Assembly (NCBI GenBank): GCA_008632985.1
Contig: QPGO01000048.1
Coordinates: 1-64,000 of the forward strand
DNA from: Psammoneis japonica
Lineage: Eukaryota
Reading direction: 5' to 3'
DNA: 64,000 nucleotides
Both the position numbers and the translations under genes were made by a program. This document shows, in pieces, positions 24,140 through 36,677 of this stretch. Each line of letters begins with the position of its first letter. The first letter of the stretch is position 1. The notes under the pieces were generated by a model. The model did no database searches, was not told the origin of the DNA, and saw only the letters and a program-made list of their open reading frames with translations.

Positions 24140-27100
24140 CCCATGTTTCTGATGTGTTGTGTGGCATTGACAATTGCACTGGACATTCCAGAGCCGTTGT
24201 GATGGGCTTTGCTGCTGATGATTGTGACATCCAGTTGCCTTGGTCTCTTCTCACAACTTTGTTGTCACTGAGGTCTTTGTTTGTTTGACCTTGCACTGCA
24301 GCAATTGCGGTCAAAAGGAGAATGGATTGAGGCTGTGAGACTCATTCCAACAAGTTGACAAAGCACGAGATGCAAGAATCATGTGCAAGAGATGTGCAGT
24401 TTGGGCTGTTGATCCCCATGAACAAGAGAGAGTCAATGATGCGCAAACTTTGTGGACAAGATTTGATGAGTGATTTGAGTGCAACAGTTGGAGAACAAAG
24501 CAGAGTCCCTGGAAAGGGCCATTGAGGAGCAACCGTGCTTTTTGCTCTGTCTTTCACAGTGGGTGGGTCAACATTCAACAGCTTTCCTTGCCCGCGGTGT
24601 GAGATGTGTGCTCAAGTGGGGTGCTTGACAGCTGACAACAGTCTTGCCAAGATCATCAACCATGCAAGCAACAAGAAGTCCTTCACTGACAAGGGTGGCA
24701 GCAAGAAGCAAAGCAAAATGAGGAGGGGTGCTTCTTCTTGTTCTTTTTTCTTCTTTTTCTTCTTCTCAAGCCTCAAGAAAACACAATCATGGCAGCAGCA
24801 CTGGGGTCAATGCAGAGGCCAGATGCCCAGCACATGCCAGCTGTGATGGCAAGTGGAAGCATTGCATTGCAAACCCAGAGAGTCAGAACTGTCAACCAAG
24901 GTCAGGCCATGGTGGCCACAGAAGCAGTTGTGATGAGTCCACCGCAGCTTCCAAGGCTGAGGTTCAGAAGGTCAAAGAGGTTGTGGCAACCACCAAGACT
25001 GAGAGTGCAGTGGCTGCAACAGACAAGGTTAAGGTGGTGGCCATGGCAGCCATGGCCATGACAGCCATGGTGTTCTGATGAGAGAACTCTCAAGGAGGTG
25101 GACCCTGTGCTGTGGAAATCTGGCTGGAGCAGCTTTTCCTCTTGGTGGCTGATGATGTGTCCCAGTGCATGGATGAGTTGGTTGTTGTTGCAGTGTGTGT
25201 GTCATGCTGGTCCTGGAGAATTTGACATGCTGGGGCTGGAAGCAAGCAATGCACAAGACACAAATTTGCTCACACAGTGCACAGGTTCTGCTTGGAATGT
25301 CTCATTTTTATGGATCTTGGTCATTGTCAAAGAACAGCAGCATGACAATCATTGGAGCTGTCTCCACATGAAAAAAGAAATGAGGACAAAGCTGTGCAGT
25401 TGTCATGCATTGTGGGTTGTTGTTCTTGTGGATGGCAACAAAACGGCAGAGAAAAAAATCATGTTGTTGCAGCCATTGCTTGGAGAATGTGAGTGCCCGG
25501 GTGGAGACTGCTGTTGGAAGATTTTGCTCCTGCCTTTGAGCATGGTGTTGATGGCAAGAACAATGTGCTGGTGGATTGTTTCTCTTGATTGCCTTGCATG
25601 GATCCCACTGTGGAAGAGAGGCATGCTCCAAACAAGGGCAAGTTGATGGACCTCAAGGTGATCAACACAACACTGCCATGCTGCCACACAAAGAGGATGA
25701 AAGGCCCAACAAGCAAACTGTGTCCTGTTTCTCTCCTTTTCATGAAGAATCTTCTCACTTTTGCTCCTCTTGTGTGGATGATCATGAGTTGTTTGAGTCA
25801 ACAATTCCCACAACTGCCCAACTCTTGACAAGATGCCAAAACCTGCTGCAATCCAACAAATCCAAGAGCATGAATTTGTTGACAACAAATTGACTGACAT
25901 GTGTTGGTGTGGTGACCAAAGTGTTTTGTGGTTGAACGTGTGAGTCAGCATCCTGGGATCTGTTGTCATGCTCAGCTGGCTGATTTGCCAGCTCTGTGGA
26001 AAATTTCATTCCTGCTGCTTTGCTGGCCACCTGACTGGGTGCAGCGGCACTGTCATGATGTGTTGGGACAAACAGGAGTGCATCAAATGCACTCTGCTGT
26101 TGGCTGTTGGCACACTGTTTTGTCATCCTGTCTTGCACTGATGTTGTGAAGAGCTTCATTGCCCTGATTGCCAGCACTTGAAAACATCAGGTCCTGGTTG
26201 TGGGAACCCTCTGAGCATGAAGCATCATCGCTGCCCTGACTGAAGCTGCTGCAGATCTCACTGGCCCCAGGAAGATTGAAGTCCAAGGTCAAGAGACATT
26301 GAGTTCTGTGCATTGACATGCATTGATGTGGTTTCCACTGTTGAGGAACTCACCCAGATTGAAAACAAGACTCCTTGCCACATTGCACAGCAGCTTGGAA
26401 ATTGTTGGTTGTCTCTCTTGTCCAAATCATTGCATTCATGACAATGGCAGTGGGTTTGCAGGTGAAGATCATCTGCTGCTTTTGAAATGTGCTGGTGTTG
26501 ATGATGAACCTGATGCTTTGTGCAGTCTGCAGGCCAACGCAGTGTGTGAATGTGCACATCAAACTGTGGGTGACATCTTGTGCACATTGTCTCACACTTG
26601 TCTTCTGCAGAATGTTGGGCAAGCAGCAGGCCAGCCAGCTGACAACCCATTGGGGTGACTGCAATGCATGCCATGTGGTGCACAGCACCCCATGCTCTCA
26701 AAACATCTTCAAGAGCAATGGCACTCCAATGTGATGCAATTTTAAACCTGCCAGCTCTGACCACTGTTCAAGAATGTCATCAGGCTCTTGTCAAAACAAA
26801 CCTGTGCTGAGAAAAAACTTGCAATTTTGCAGTCAGCAGTCAAACACTTCTCAAGGTGTCAATGATCCTGCCAAGCTTGAGCCACAAGATCATGAGCCAC
26901 ACCCTGCAGTGCAAGCACACACCAATGGGGCTGTTGTGGTCCAATGAGCACCTCATGCAGCATGCAGTGGAGTGGTGGACTGACACTCAGTGCATCGTGC
27001 CACATCACATCTGAGACCAAGGGCATTTTCCCCAACATCTGGGTTTCCCTTTGCTCTGTGCACAGAATTTGAATTTGAGTTCTTGAAATTTTTGAATCCC

Positions 27101-27212
27101 ACATGATCTGATGATGTGTGGATGGCAATGACTGATTGCAACCTTGTCACCTTGGTCTCTCCTTGCAACTTCATTGCCGCTGAGGTCTGTGTCTTGTTTG
27201 ACCTTGCACTCC
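24140..27212 (+). mobile_element. Degenerate Ty3/Gypsy LTR retrotransposon relic
   Basis: gag knuckle-like CPAH...WKHCIANP (~24820), protease-like MDLG (~25310), RT-like FAGH.DWVQ (~26020), integrase CIHDNGSGF...QANAVCECAHQTVGDIL (26323-26658) in PR-RT-IN order, and degenerate direct repeats at ~24237-24297 and ~27149-27210. Confidence 0.7.
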
Positions 27213-27799
27213 ACATGCAACTGACTGGAGACAGATGGGTGGGCTGGACCAGGGCCAGACAAAGTTGAGGTTTGGGCTGATCACTTCCAAAATGATTGAG
27301 TTTGCAAGAGAGCGATCTTTGCACATGAAACAGTGTCCAACAACTTTTGAAGGCTTCTGCATCATGCAAACAACACACAAAACATCTAAATTTTGCATTG
27401 CCTCAGAAGTCATTTTTTGGTTGGAAAATGACTGCACCTTCTGACCAATGGACTGGCTGTTTTTTCATTGCTTTTGTCATTGATCTTAAGAACAATTGAG
27501 TGCCAGTCTCTTCATGTCTTCAATTGTTCACCATCCTTGGTGGACATGCAAGATTCATCAACAGCAAGCGTGCTGCCATCAAAACTTCAAATCACAGTCA
27601 AGACAGAATCATCAAGAAAAAACCACCCAACCCTTGTTTCAATGCCTGACTCTGCAACTGTGGTGCAACACAACCCCAGATTTCCACTGCATTGTTGAGA
27701 ATTGGAACGGTGTGTTGCACGGTTGTCTGATGTGCTGCTGTGCTGCCTGTCTCACATTGACATTTTCATCTGCAGCAGGAGGAACCTGAGAACCTCCTT

Positions 27800-29300
27800 C
27801 TTGGAGCACTCTCATGCTGCACCCAGAATTGCTGAGAAACTTGCTCAATGCTGTGGCATTCCCTTTTGTTTTCCTGCCATCAAGTTTCCTCCTCAGACAC
27901 TGTTTTTTTTTCCTTTGGTGACTCCAGACAGAGCCACACCTGCCCCCACAATCCCAGCTCTCTCTGAAGTCAAAGTTGTTCACAATCAGGCTCTCAGCTG
28001 CCCTCCACTGGAGCTTGCAGAGGTGGCTGTGTGGTTCATGCCATTTTGCACAAAACTGGGAGCTGGGTCATTTGCATTCTCTTGTGGCTGATTCTCAGAG
28101 CTTTTTTTCAAGAACAAAACCCATCACAGAGACAGGAAAGTTGGCAATGCATGTCTCTTTCTTTGGAGCCAACTTGAGACTGACATCTCCCTGTTTTGTC
28201 CCTTTTCTCATGCCTCAAGATGGTGGGCTCAACTCATGAAACACAGGCTGAGCTGACCCAACAACCATCAATCCTCATCAACTCCAAATCTTCCAAAGAA
28301 ACACCTTTCTTCAGCTCAATTCCCCCAGAAACCAACAGGGCTGCTGGCCTGCTTTTCTCAACATCTTCATTGCAGATTGTTGCTTAGAGGGCAGCAATGG
28401 CAAAGCTTGAGAGGTGGGCCCACATGTCTGGATTTGTTGCCAGCTTGCTTGACATGGGCATCTGGACAGGCTGCAAACAAAATGTCCTCAGGCAGCTCAT
28501 TCTGAAATTTCACATGCTCCCACCTTGCATTTTGCCTCCTTTTCTGCTTGAGGTTGCTTGCGTAGATCACAATGTTGTGGGGGCTGGATGTGGCTGTACA
28601 AGAGATTTTGAGCATGTGTCCCCTCTTGCACCTTCTTTCAGAGCTTCACTTTGGCATTTCCCATGGGGTCAATGAGGTGGTCACATGCCAAGCACACTTT
28701 GGCAAAATGCTTGTTGCCTTCTCCATGTGCTGGGTCACCCAGCATGGCTTTTGCATTCCTGGCTGCTTTTTGCTTTTGTGGTGCCAGCATTGGCAACCAG
28801 CATGGAGGGTGCTAGAACAAGGAGCTTCATTGGGGGGTCACAAGGGCTCATCTTTCAAGAAGATTGTGGCAACTCTTGTGTCAAGAGAGCATCAAGGACA
28901 AGGGTGCACATGGGCTGCTGCTTGCATTTTGTTGAAAAAAATGTGAGGCGCTTCACGCAGATTTGGTTGCATGTGTTCATTCACTGAAAAAAGTGTGAAG
29001 CTGCTTTTTCATGTTTTTGTTCAAAGCTTTCCAAGTGATCAATGCAGATGTTGATGTTGGCTGAATGACATTGTTCAAATGTCCACAATGCTTTTCAAAA
29101 ACAAGTCAGCAATGCACCACAAGATGTGGGCAATGAGAGCCATGTGCTTTCATTTTTTCCTTTGTCAGACCATCTGCCTCACAGTTCCATTTTGACACTG
29201 ACACTGTAATTTACAAGCAGGTGCACACTTGGTCTTTTCCTTGCCAGCACCATGGCTGTTGACAAAGCAAGAAGCAAGAACAAGCAGCAGCCAAGACTCA
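27800..29300 (-). mobile_element. Degenerate Pif1-like SF1 helicase remnant (Helitron-like element)
   Basis: Fragmented motifs: FVNSHGAGK (Walker A-like, ~29250), IVD..MSF (~29080), PPLKLCHCCPL (~28400), KLQWR..ESLIV...W (~28000), VALSGV (VALSRV-like, ~27930). Confidence 0.55.
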
Positions 29301-31419
29301 CAAGAAGAGACACCAAGTCCAAAGAAGGCAAAAGAAGGAAAAGTGGCCTGCATGCCAGAGAAAAAGAGCCCTCCTCTTTGTGTTCAAACAATGGCCCTCA
29401 CAGTGTCACTCAGCCAGCTTGTGTTTGTGGACAAGGAAACAAGATTTGCTTTCTGGGGGCAGCTGAACAAGGGTGTGAGAAACAGACACAGCTGGTGGGT
29501 TGAGAGAAGGATGAAGATCTAAAGGAATTGGTTGGTTGTCCTGACTTGTCTGACCACAAGTGATTGTCTGACCACAATTGATGAGAACAATGCCAAGCCA
29601 CATCTTCAACTTCATCAGTTTGCATGTCACAAGTTGGGCAACAAGCCACAAAAAGACAACAAAAGTGCAAGACAGAGTGCTTTGTTGTTGATGATGAATT
29701 TGTGTTTGACATTGACATGTGCACTTTCTGCTCATTGCACTGGACCACTTGTGAGCAGCAAACAAGTGCCATTGTCAAGTTGACCAGAGAGGTGCATGAT
29801 GAAGATGATGCTGACCCAGCTCTTGTGCATGTGCCACCACACCATGTCTTGAGTTTGCTGGCAACAAACTTCCAAAGGAAGCCCAAGAGCATTGCAGGTG
29901 TCCTTCTCTCTAAGACTGACAAATGCAACAACATTCATCACAATTCTGGCATCTGCTGGCTCATTGTTGCTCTGTGCTTGCAAAGACAGTGAAACACAGC
30001 CATCCACCAGCAAAGCATCCACTCCAATTTGCACTGAAAAGTTCATCAATCAGTGCATTTGGGGAGCCTGCAGTGGCAATGCTGTGCCATGCAGTGTGCC
30101 AGCGGAGAGCAGAGAGTGAGCAAAAATTGCACTGGCAAATCACAAAACTTGCCAACAGGGCAGATGTTTTTCAGGCAGCTGCTGGCTGGCCCACCTGCCT
30201 GGCCTGGCTGGAGATGCCCCCACCCTGGCAGCTTCTCAAACAGCATGGGCAAAGCTGCATGATGACAACACTCAAGTGGACAGCAATTCCTTGAGTGAGT
30301 CTCCCTCTTGTGGCTCATGACTTTGACTTTGTGAGCTGCCTGCACAAGAGAAGTTTGCAAGCTGCACAGTGCAGCTTTTCATTGCCCTCCCTGTGCAGCT
30401 CACAACTTTGTGCACTGCACAAAGGAAGTTCACAAGCTGCGTGATGCAATGTTTCATGATGGAAGCACCCAACCTTGCTTGCTCAAAACAACACAAGAAA
30501 CAGACCATGACAGCAGCAGCAACAGCCAATGCCAGATTGTGCCACCAAACCTTTTCCCACCAAGAACACCAATGCATCACATGCCACAGCATTTTGCTCT
30601 GACAAATGCATCCATGAAAAGAGAGGTGAGACAAGTCAAAAATGGACGAAACTTCTTCTTTGACTTTGCTGTCATTCCTGCTTAAATCTCACAACTTTAA
30701 CAGCTGATGCTGATTTGCCACCAAACTTTTCAGGCCAACAATGCCAACATGTGACATGCTTTGTTGCACTCAGAAAAGTGCACACAAGAAAAGAGAGGTG
30801 AGAAAGAAGTCCAAAAATGGACAAACACTCCTTCCTCATGCTGAGATTTTGCAGACATTCACACTCTTTTTTCACAACTGTTGCATTTCAATTTGTTTGT
30901 TCTCAACAAATTGAAGAGTGCAGACCATTGCACAGATGATTGAGACTCGTTGTGATTTGTGATGCCAAGTGTTGGGCAGAGTTGGTTGGGTTGGCAAGCA
31001 GCCCACAGCAGGGTGAGGCAGGCTGGAGATGATGACGATGAGCAAAAGAGGATCAGGGGGGCAACTCAAGTGTGTGGAGCACTCATCATGGGAATCTGCA
31101 ATCTGCCACTTTTACAAAGGTCCAGGAACAACTGGCTGATGAGGTTGCTGTTGTCCTCTCTAAACATTTGAGTGACTGCCTGGGTTGGCTGACTTTTGAC
31201 TGCAGCGGCACCTGTGCAATTTCTTTCTGCAAAGATGTTCATGTGGCTTGAGATCCCCCACCTCTGAACATTGAGACAGCCGACAAGAGCCAAGGGGTTG
31301 CTCTCTGGCAAGGCATTGATTGATGCTTCTAAGGAAGGGAGTGTTCTTGATTCAGCAGACCCAAAATCTCAGTTGCAACAAGGCTTGGCTTCACTCAAAA
31401 GCCAGTGCATGTGAATTGA

Positions 31420-31662
31420 CTGCTGCTGGCATGACTGCTGCAACCACTGCCATTCTGACTGCTGCCATTGCAACTGCTGCTGTTGCAACTGCTGCCATTT
31501 TGACTGCTGCTGTTGCAACTGCTGCAGTTTGCAACTGGCACTGTTGTGAGCACTGCCATTTTGACTGCGTTGCAATTGCTGCCATTGCAGCCATTGCCAT
31601 TGTGGCAACCACGACAATTGCAACTGCCATTGTTGTGACTGCTGCCATTGTGACTGCCACTG
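31420..31662. repeat. Degenerate minisatellite of (G/T)CAACTGCTGCCATT / TGACTGCTGCCATT-like units
   Basis: Recurrent actgctgccatt / actgctgctgtt units visible in the sequence. Confidence 0.8.
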
Positions 31663-32049
31663 TTTTTAGACTTTTGTTGTTGCATTTGCCATCATTGGTG
31701 GGGCTGCAACTGTGGCTGTTCAGACCCTGCTGCTGTTGAAAAAGCTCAATTGTGCTCTTGCTTTTTGTGTCAATTGGCAATTTTCTCCACATCTTGTTTG
31801 TTCTTGAAATCCCATTTTGCCTGACTGCACCCTTCCTCTGTTTCCAGCACCCTCACACAAATGCTCCTCTTTTGCTTCACTGACAAGCAACTCTGCCATC
31901 CTTGCTTGCCATGACTTGCTTGAACATTTGCTGGTGAGCCTGGGGCATTTTGCTTTCATGCCAACTCTTCTTTGGCATCACACTTGTGGCCCCAAACAGG
32001 GTTCCTTGTCCTTTGATGTGGTCTGATCTTCTTCTGCCAGAGCCCTTTC

Positions 32050-33210
32050 TGCTGCCACCACTGCTGGTTCCACCCATGGCATGCTGGGGTGACAGGTGCT
32101 GAACAGTGAGTTCTTTAGATGTCAGGGGTCCATGGCAAAGGAGGAGGTGGGTCAACAGGGATGTGTGGTGGGAGGGTGGCATGGAGTGCACTGAGTGATG
32201 GAGAGAAGAAAGATGAGCCAAGAGTGTGGACAGACAGTTGGGAGGAAGAGTTGTCAGTGACAGTTGGGTGTCAAAGAAGGAGAGTTTGGCATGCAGAGAG
32301 GTGGTTCAAGAGAATGACACTGAAGTTGAGGCTGAGGATTTGTGAAGCCCAAAGTTGGGGGGTTGCACGGTGTGATGGGAGGTGCCAAAGTGGTCTGGTG
32401 ACACTTGCTTCTGGGTGATGTTGGAGTGGGTGAGGAAGTTGGAGGGGGGTGGGAGCGAGCATTTGAAGGCAGAAAAGGAAGCTTGGGAGTTGGAGAGGGA
32501 AGATGGATCAGCCCAAGGTGGCTTGGGAGGGAGAGGAGGGATGCCGGAGGAGGATGTTGTGGTTTGTGGTTGAGACACCAAAAAAGAAGATGTGGAAGTG
32601 GCGTCCAGGCCAATGCCACCTGGGTGATCAAAGGTGAAAGGGAGGAGGAAAAGTCCTGCTTGATTGACAGTGTCAATGATGTCAGAGCAGCAGGCGGATG
32701 ATGCAGTGCGACCAATGAGCTTGTCCCGTGTGCTGCTGAGGCGAGCCTTGTTTGACAGGTTTTCAGGGGCAGGCAAACCAGGCGCAGGAGGTGGGGGAGC
32801 TGGCAGTGCAGCAACATCAATGGCTGGAAATTGGTGGCTTGATGGGGCTTCCGACGGTGCAGAACCAAGCACAAATTGAGCACCAATGTTGGCGGGGTGT
32901 TCCAAGGGGTGGTCGTCCACTGACAAGAAGACCGGTGGGGTCTGGATGAACTTGTTGTCGAGAGTGGCACAGACCACCAAGGGGGGCCAGTGTTTCAATG
33001 ATGGTGCAGATGATGGTGTCATGGATGTGGTTTGAAAAAGGGCTCTTGTGCATTTTGGGGCAGGTGAAAGCACGGTCTCCGCAAGGGGCGGTCTGGGCAG
33101 GTGTGACCGAGTGGACAGTCGTGTTGGAGCAGATCAGGAGAAACAATGGGGAGCCACAGCTTGAGGAGAAGGAGAAGTGTGAACAGGGTTGGTGGGAGTT
33201 GGTTTGAGGC
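32050..33210 (-). mobile_element. 3' fragment of an RLE-type (CRE-like) non-LTR retrotransposon
   Basis: CCHC-like PCGDRAFTC.K.HK...SNHIHD, followed by HPANIG (RPAD-like), AIDV and LLPFTFDHPGGIG restriction-like endonuclease motifs. Confidence 0.6.
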
Positions 33211-33528
33211 ATGTAGTCGGGAGAGAGAGTAAAGGCATGAGGATCGTTCCAACACTTTGTTATTTTGGCGAGTTGACGACGGCTCCTCTCGCTCGCTTTT
33301 TATTTGTTCTTCTTCCGCACCACTTAGGTACAGCTTACAGACCTCCCAGTCATTGGGAGTGCGCGGCTGCCGCGGCTTTATCGATCGCTTTTGGCTTTTC
33401 CCCCTCCCCGCCCGCCCCGCGGCCGCGGCCGCGCTCATTCATACATCGGTGTTGCCGAACTTCCAACATTTATACAAAACAAACAACACACCACTCCACT
33501 CAGCAAACAGCGACAAGCAACCACAGAG

Positions 33529-34800
33529 ATGACAGACAAGGACAAAGAAGAAGTTCGCCACGCGTTCAAACCAAGAGTTGTTTCGTCTCTGAAGTCTTTA
33601 CCAGTCCCTGGTGGCGACGGCAATCTAAGCAGCTCGAGTTCAGCCGACGGCAGCGAGAACTCCGATGACGGTGGACCCTTGGCATGCAGCGAAAGCCTTC
33701 CTTTACAACCACAGTCGACACCTGATGATGGTTCTGATAAAAACGATCCACTAACTTGTCATGAGAGCCTCGGCGATTTCGATGCGTCCACCGTAGAGTC
33801 AACCTCAGACATTGAGCAGAACCTGTCGGCCGCGACCACTGGGCGACCTGATCTAGCAAACAACAGCCGTGATGTCTATCAATTATCAAAATCTGGGGGT
33901 GAGACGGAAGATTCGTCGCAGATTCATTTAGAGTTGAAACCATCCAAACTTGTGCCTCGGTCGCACCAGTTACCGGTACCCTTTGGCTCTTCCGCGTCAA
34001 AGCCTGAGCAGTTTAGGAAACGAGCTAGTAAAGGTCGATCTCTACCTACAGCCGCTTCACGGAAATCTCAGAAGAAACCTCGTCTCGGAGAGATTTCAGA
34101 ATCAGACGTGACAAGAGAGCAGGTCAGAAAAGAAGTTGCGTATCTGTTGAACAGCTCCACACAGCTCGCTTACTCCTGGGACAGTCTCGGAGTGGGAGAG
34201 GAATTGGGCAGCGCTGATTTAAACAGGTACATGACCAGGCTTCGAGAGCAAGGAGGAGTCGGAGGACCAGAAACTACTCCAGATCTCACTGTACAAGAAA
34301 CGTTGCAAATCATGACCAGCTTGCGAGTCAGGACATTGCTGCCACCGCCCAAGAGCTATTTACACAAAGTCGTACAAAGGAATCGATTCGAAAATAGGTT
34401 AGCACTCTACGGCTCTTCAGGTCTGGGATGGGGGATCGACGAAGTAGGTGCTAAGAGTGGAAACCCGGCAGATGCCGAGGAATGCCGTCTCCCTAAGAAA
34501 ACTTTGGCAAGGCTTTACGAAGTTATGTGTGCTCAGGACGCGGACGATGGCCTGTCGAATCGACGCGAGGCACAGTATTTGTCGGCAGAAGCCACCATTG
34601 AGAGGCTTCGATCGCTCGAGAACAAGGCTTGCGAGCTTAAACTTAACGAAGCTGAAGTGCTCGGGAAAGGAAGAGAGCTCGGTTTACTCAAGCCAATCCA
34701 TCGGTCGATCCCACGATATGCTGAGGTGAAATATCGAGGACAGAACACGGAATCGATGTATGGTCGAGCAGATCCTATGGATCGTCCGAATAAGCGTTGA
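33529..34800 (+). CDS. Hypothetical protein (disordered N-terminus, coiled-coil C-terminus)
   Basis: Long ORF with normal composition and codon use. Confidence 0.7.
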   Translation: MTDKDKEEVRHAFKPRVVSSLKSLPVPGGDGNLSSSSSADGSENSDDGGPLACSESLPLQPQSTPDDGSDKNDPLTCHESLGDFDASTVESTSDIEQNLSAATTGRPDLANNSRDVYQLSKSGGETEDSSQIHLELKPSKLVPRSHQLPVPFGSSASKPEQFRKRASKGRSLPTAASRKSQKKPRLGEISESDVTREQVRKEVAYLLNSSTQLAYSWDSLGVGEELGSADLNRYMTRLREQGGVGGPETTPDLTVQETLQIMTSLRVRTLLPPPKSYLHKVVQRNRFENRLALYGSSGLGWGIDEVGAKSGNPADAEECRLPKKTLARLYEVMCAQDADDGLSNRREAQYLSAEATIERLRSLENKACELKLNEAEVLGKGRELGLLKPIHRSIPRYAEVKYRGQNTESMYGRADPMDRPNKR

Positions 34801-35260
34801 GGAGGGAACGGACGCGAAAATCTTGTTGCTTGCAGGTAAGAATGAGGACTCTTTCAGACGATCTTCCTTTCTAAATTAGAGAGTGCGCCACCAGCATGTC
34901 TGTCATTGATTTTGCGGTTAGTACAGTAGTAGACAATGGATATTCGTTGCTTTACTCTCTCTACTAGCTAGAGGTAAGATTACTGCAGAGAGTAGACCCT
35001 CTACTCTAGTAGCCCCTCTCCAAGCCCACTCTCTACTAGCTAGACCCTACTACTCTCTCTATGAGTACTCTCTAGCTTAGTAGAGTAGAGTGGAGAGTAT
35101 GGCACGGCAGCTGAAAAGCGGGGGTGGGAGGCGCAGATTCATGACTGGGGGCGTCCATGACCCATGACTGAAACGACTGACTCGAGTAAAAGGAACAATG
35201 AACAAAGCCAAAAGCCAAGCGCAATGATGCGACTAGCAATGAAGGCGCACCATCTTCAGA

Positions 35261-36677
35261 ATGAAGCAAACAAATCCTGTACTCAATCGTCGGCGAAGAC
35301 GTCGTAGAGCGAATAAATCGCCTGTGATACTATATCTACTTGGCGTTTGCATCGTTCTTGTTGGAGTATGTTTCGTCTACACAGCGATGATACTCCTCGA
35401 CGACGAACACGCACACGGATCGGCTCACTCCCCAGCAGAGCTCGAATCACCACTAAGACCAATTCATGATGCGGTTCACCTAACTCCACTAAGAGAAGTC
35501 GACCGATCGTTTTATACGGTTCGGATAAACACATGGGAACGACCCGAGCAATTGCTTGTATCAGTAAATCACCACTCTCAGTGTCCGGGAGCGATGCAAA
35601 TTCAGGTTGTCTGGTGCGAGGCTCAGAACGGGGAACCGCCTGTCGAAATAACACGAAACCCGAAGGTCGTAATAGAGCGACACTCTGTGAATTCTTTGAA
35701 CGAACGCTTCAATGTACAGTCTGATACACCCACCTTGGGTATTTTGAGTATTGATGATGATGTGCTGCGACCGTGCGAGGCGATCGACTCTGGTAAGCAG
35801 CTTGAAGCTGGTCTCTCTTACTGATTGAAGGTTGTACTTACTAACGCCATTTACCGGATTTGCAATCCCGCTTATTCACCTCCACAAGGTTTCTTTATTT
35901 GGACACATAATCCACACCGAATGGTAGGCTTCGATGCAAGGTTGCATGTGGAAGAACCCGATAACTGGAAGGTGAGGATACGAAGCTATGCTCGTCGATT
36001 CAAATCCGTGATGTTCGTTCCTCCGTCGTTTCTTACTTTTATGTGACAATGATTAGTACGGTTACTTGAGTACTACAGAAAAATCCAATCGATACAGCAT
36101 CTCATTGACTCGGTATTGCTTTCTTCATCGGGACTACATGGATCTTTACATGGATACTCTGCCAAAGCCAATCTTCAGCACGGTGGAGAAATCTTTTAAT
36201 TGCGAAGATATTGCAATGACATTCTTCATTTCTTCCTTTACTGAGGGACGGCCGCCGCTTTTGGCTGACTTTTGGGCAATGAAGGCAATGCTTAAACTCT
36301 ATTCGAAATCCAAAATTAGTGGCACAAAGGATCACAAAAAGATTCGGGATGGCTGTGTGGATAGTTTTTCGGAACAACTAGGTCTAAAGTTTGGGGTGTC
36401 GAGGCTGCAAACGGCTGTTTTACAGCATAAGAAGAATCGCTTCTTTGCTTGCGGGGCAGATCCGGATAATGTCATTATGGATCAACGCGACATCGATGTT
36501 TCTAGACACAAGGATCTTGCAGAAAAAGTCGCCAGATGGAAGGAGTCAGGCTTCGATGTTTTTCGAAAAGAGGTTGCGGACATGCGGAATGACATCAGTT
36601 TGCAAGCTTGGAAGCATGGTCTAATCGAAAAGTCAGAACCGTGGAAGAAGAAGTTTGGCACGCGGCAGGAGAGATAG
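35261..36677 (+). CDS. Glycosyltransferase family 64 (EXTL2/EPC1-like), type II membrane protein, 2 introns
   Basis: N-terminal TM helix, IQVVW, NSLNERF, ILSIDDD, RMVGF.AR.H, NCEDIAM motifs. Confidence 0.9.

Larger units (their letters stand above)
23970..33210. other. TpA- and CpG-depleted hypermutated island (nest of TE relics)
   Basis: Only about 20 TA dinucleotides by eye in ~9 kb; TG/CA excess; nearly all six-frame ORFs here lack Tyr and end in TGA. Confidence 0.95.

Noticed and set aside
23970..33210. Dozens of overlapping Cys/His-rich ORFs as novel small or metal-binding proteins, or as an alternative genetic code
   Set aside because: They are by-products of TpA loss, which removes TAA, TAG and Tyr codons in all six frames; flanking genes use the standard code.
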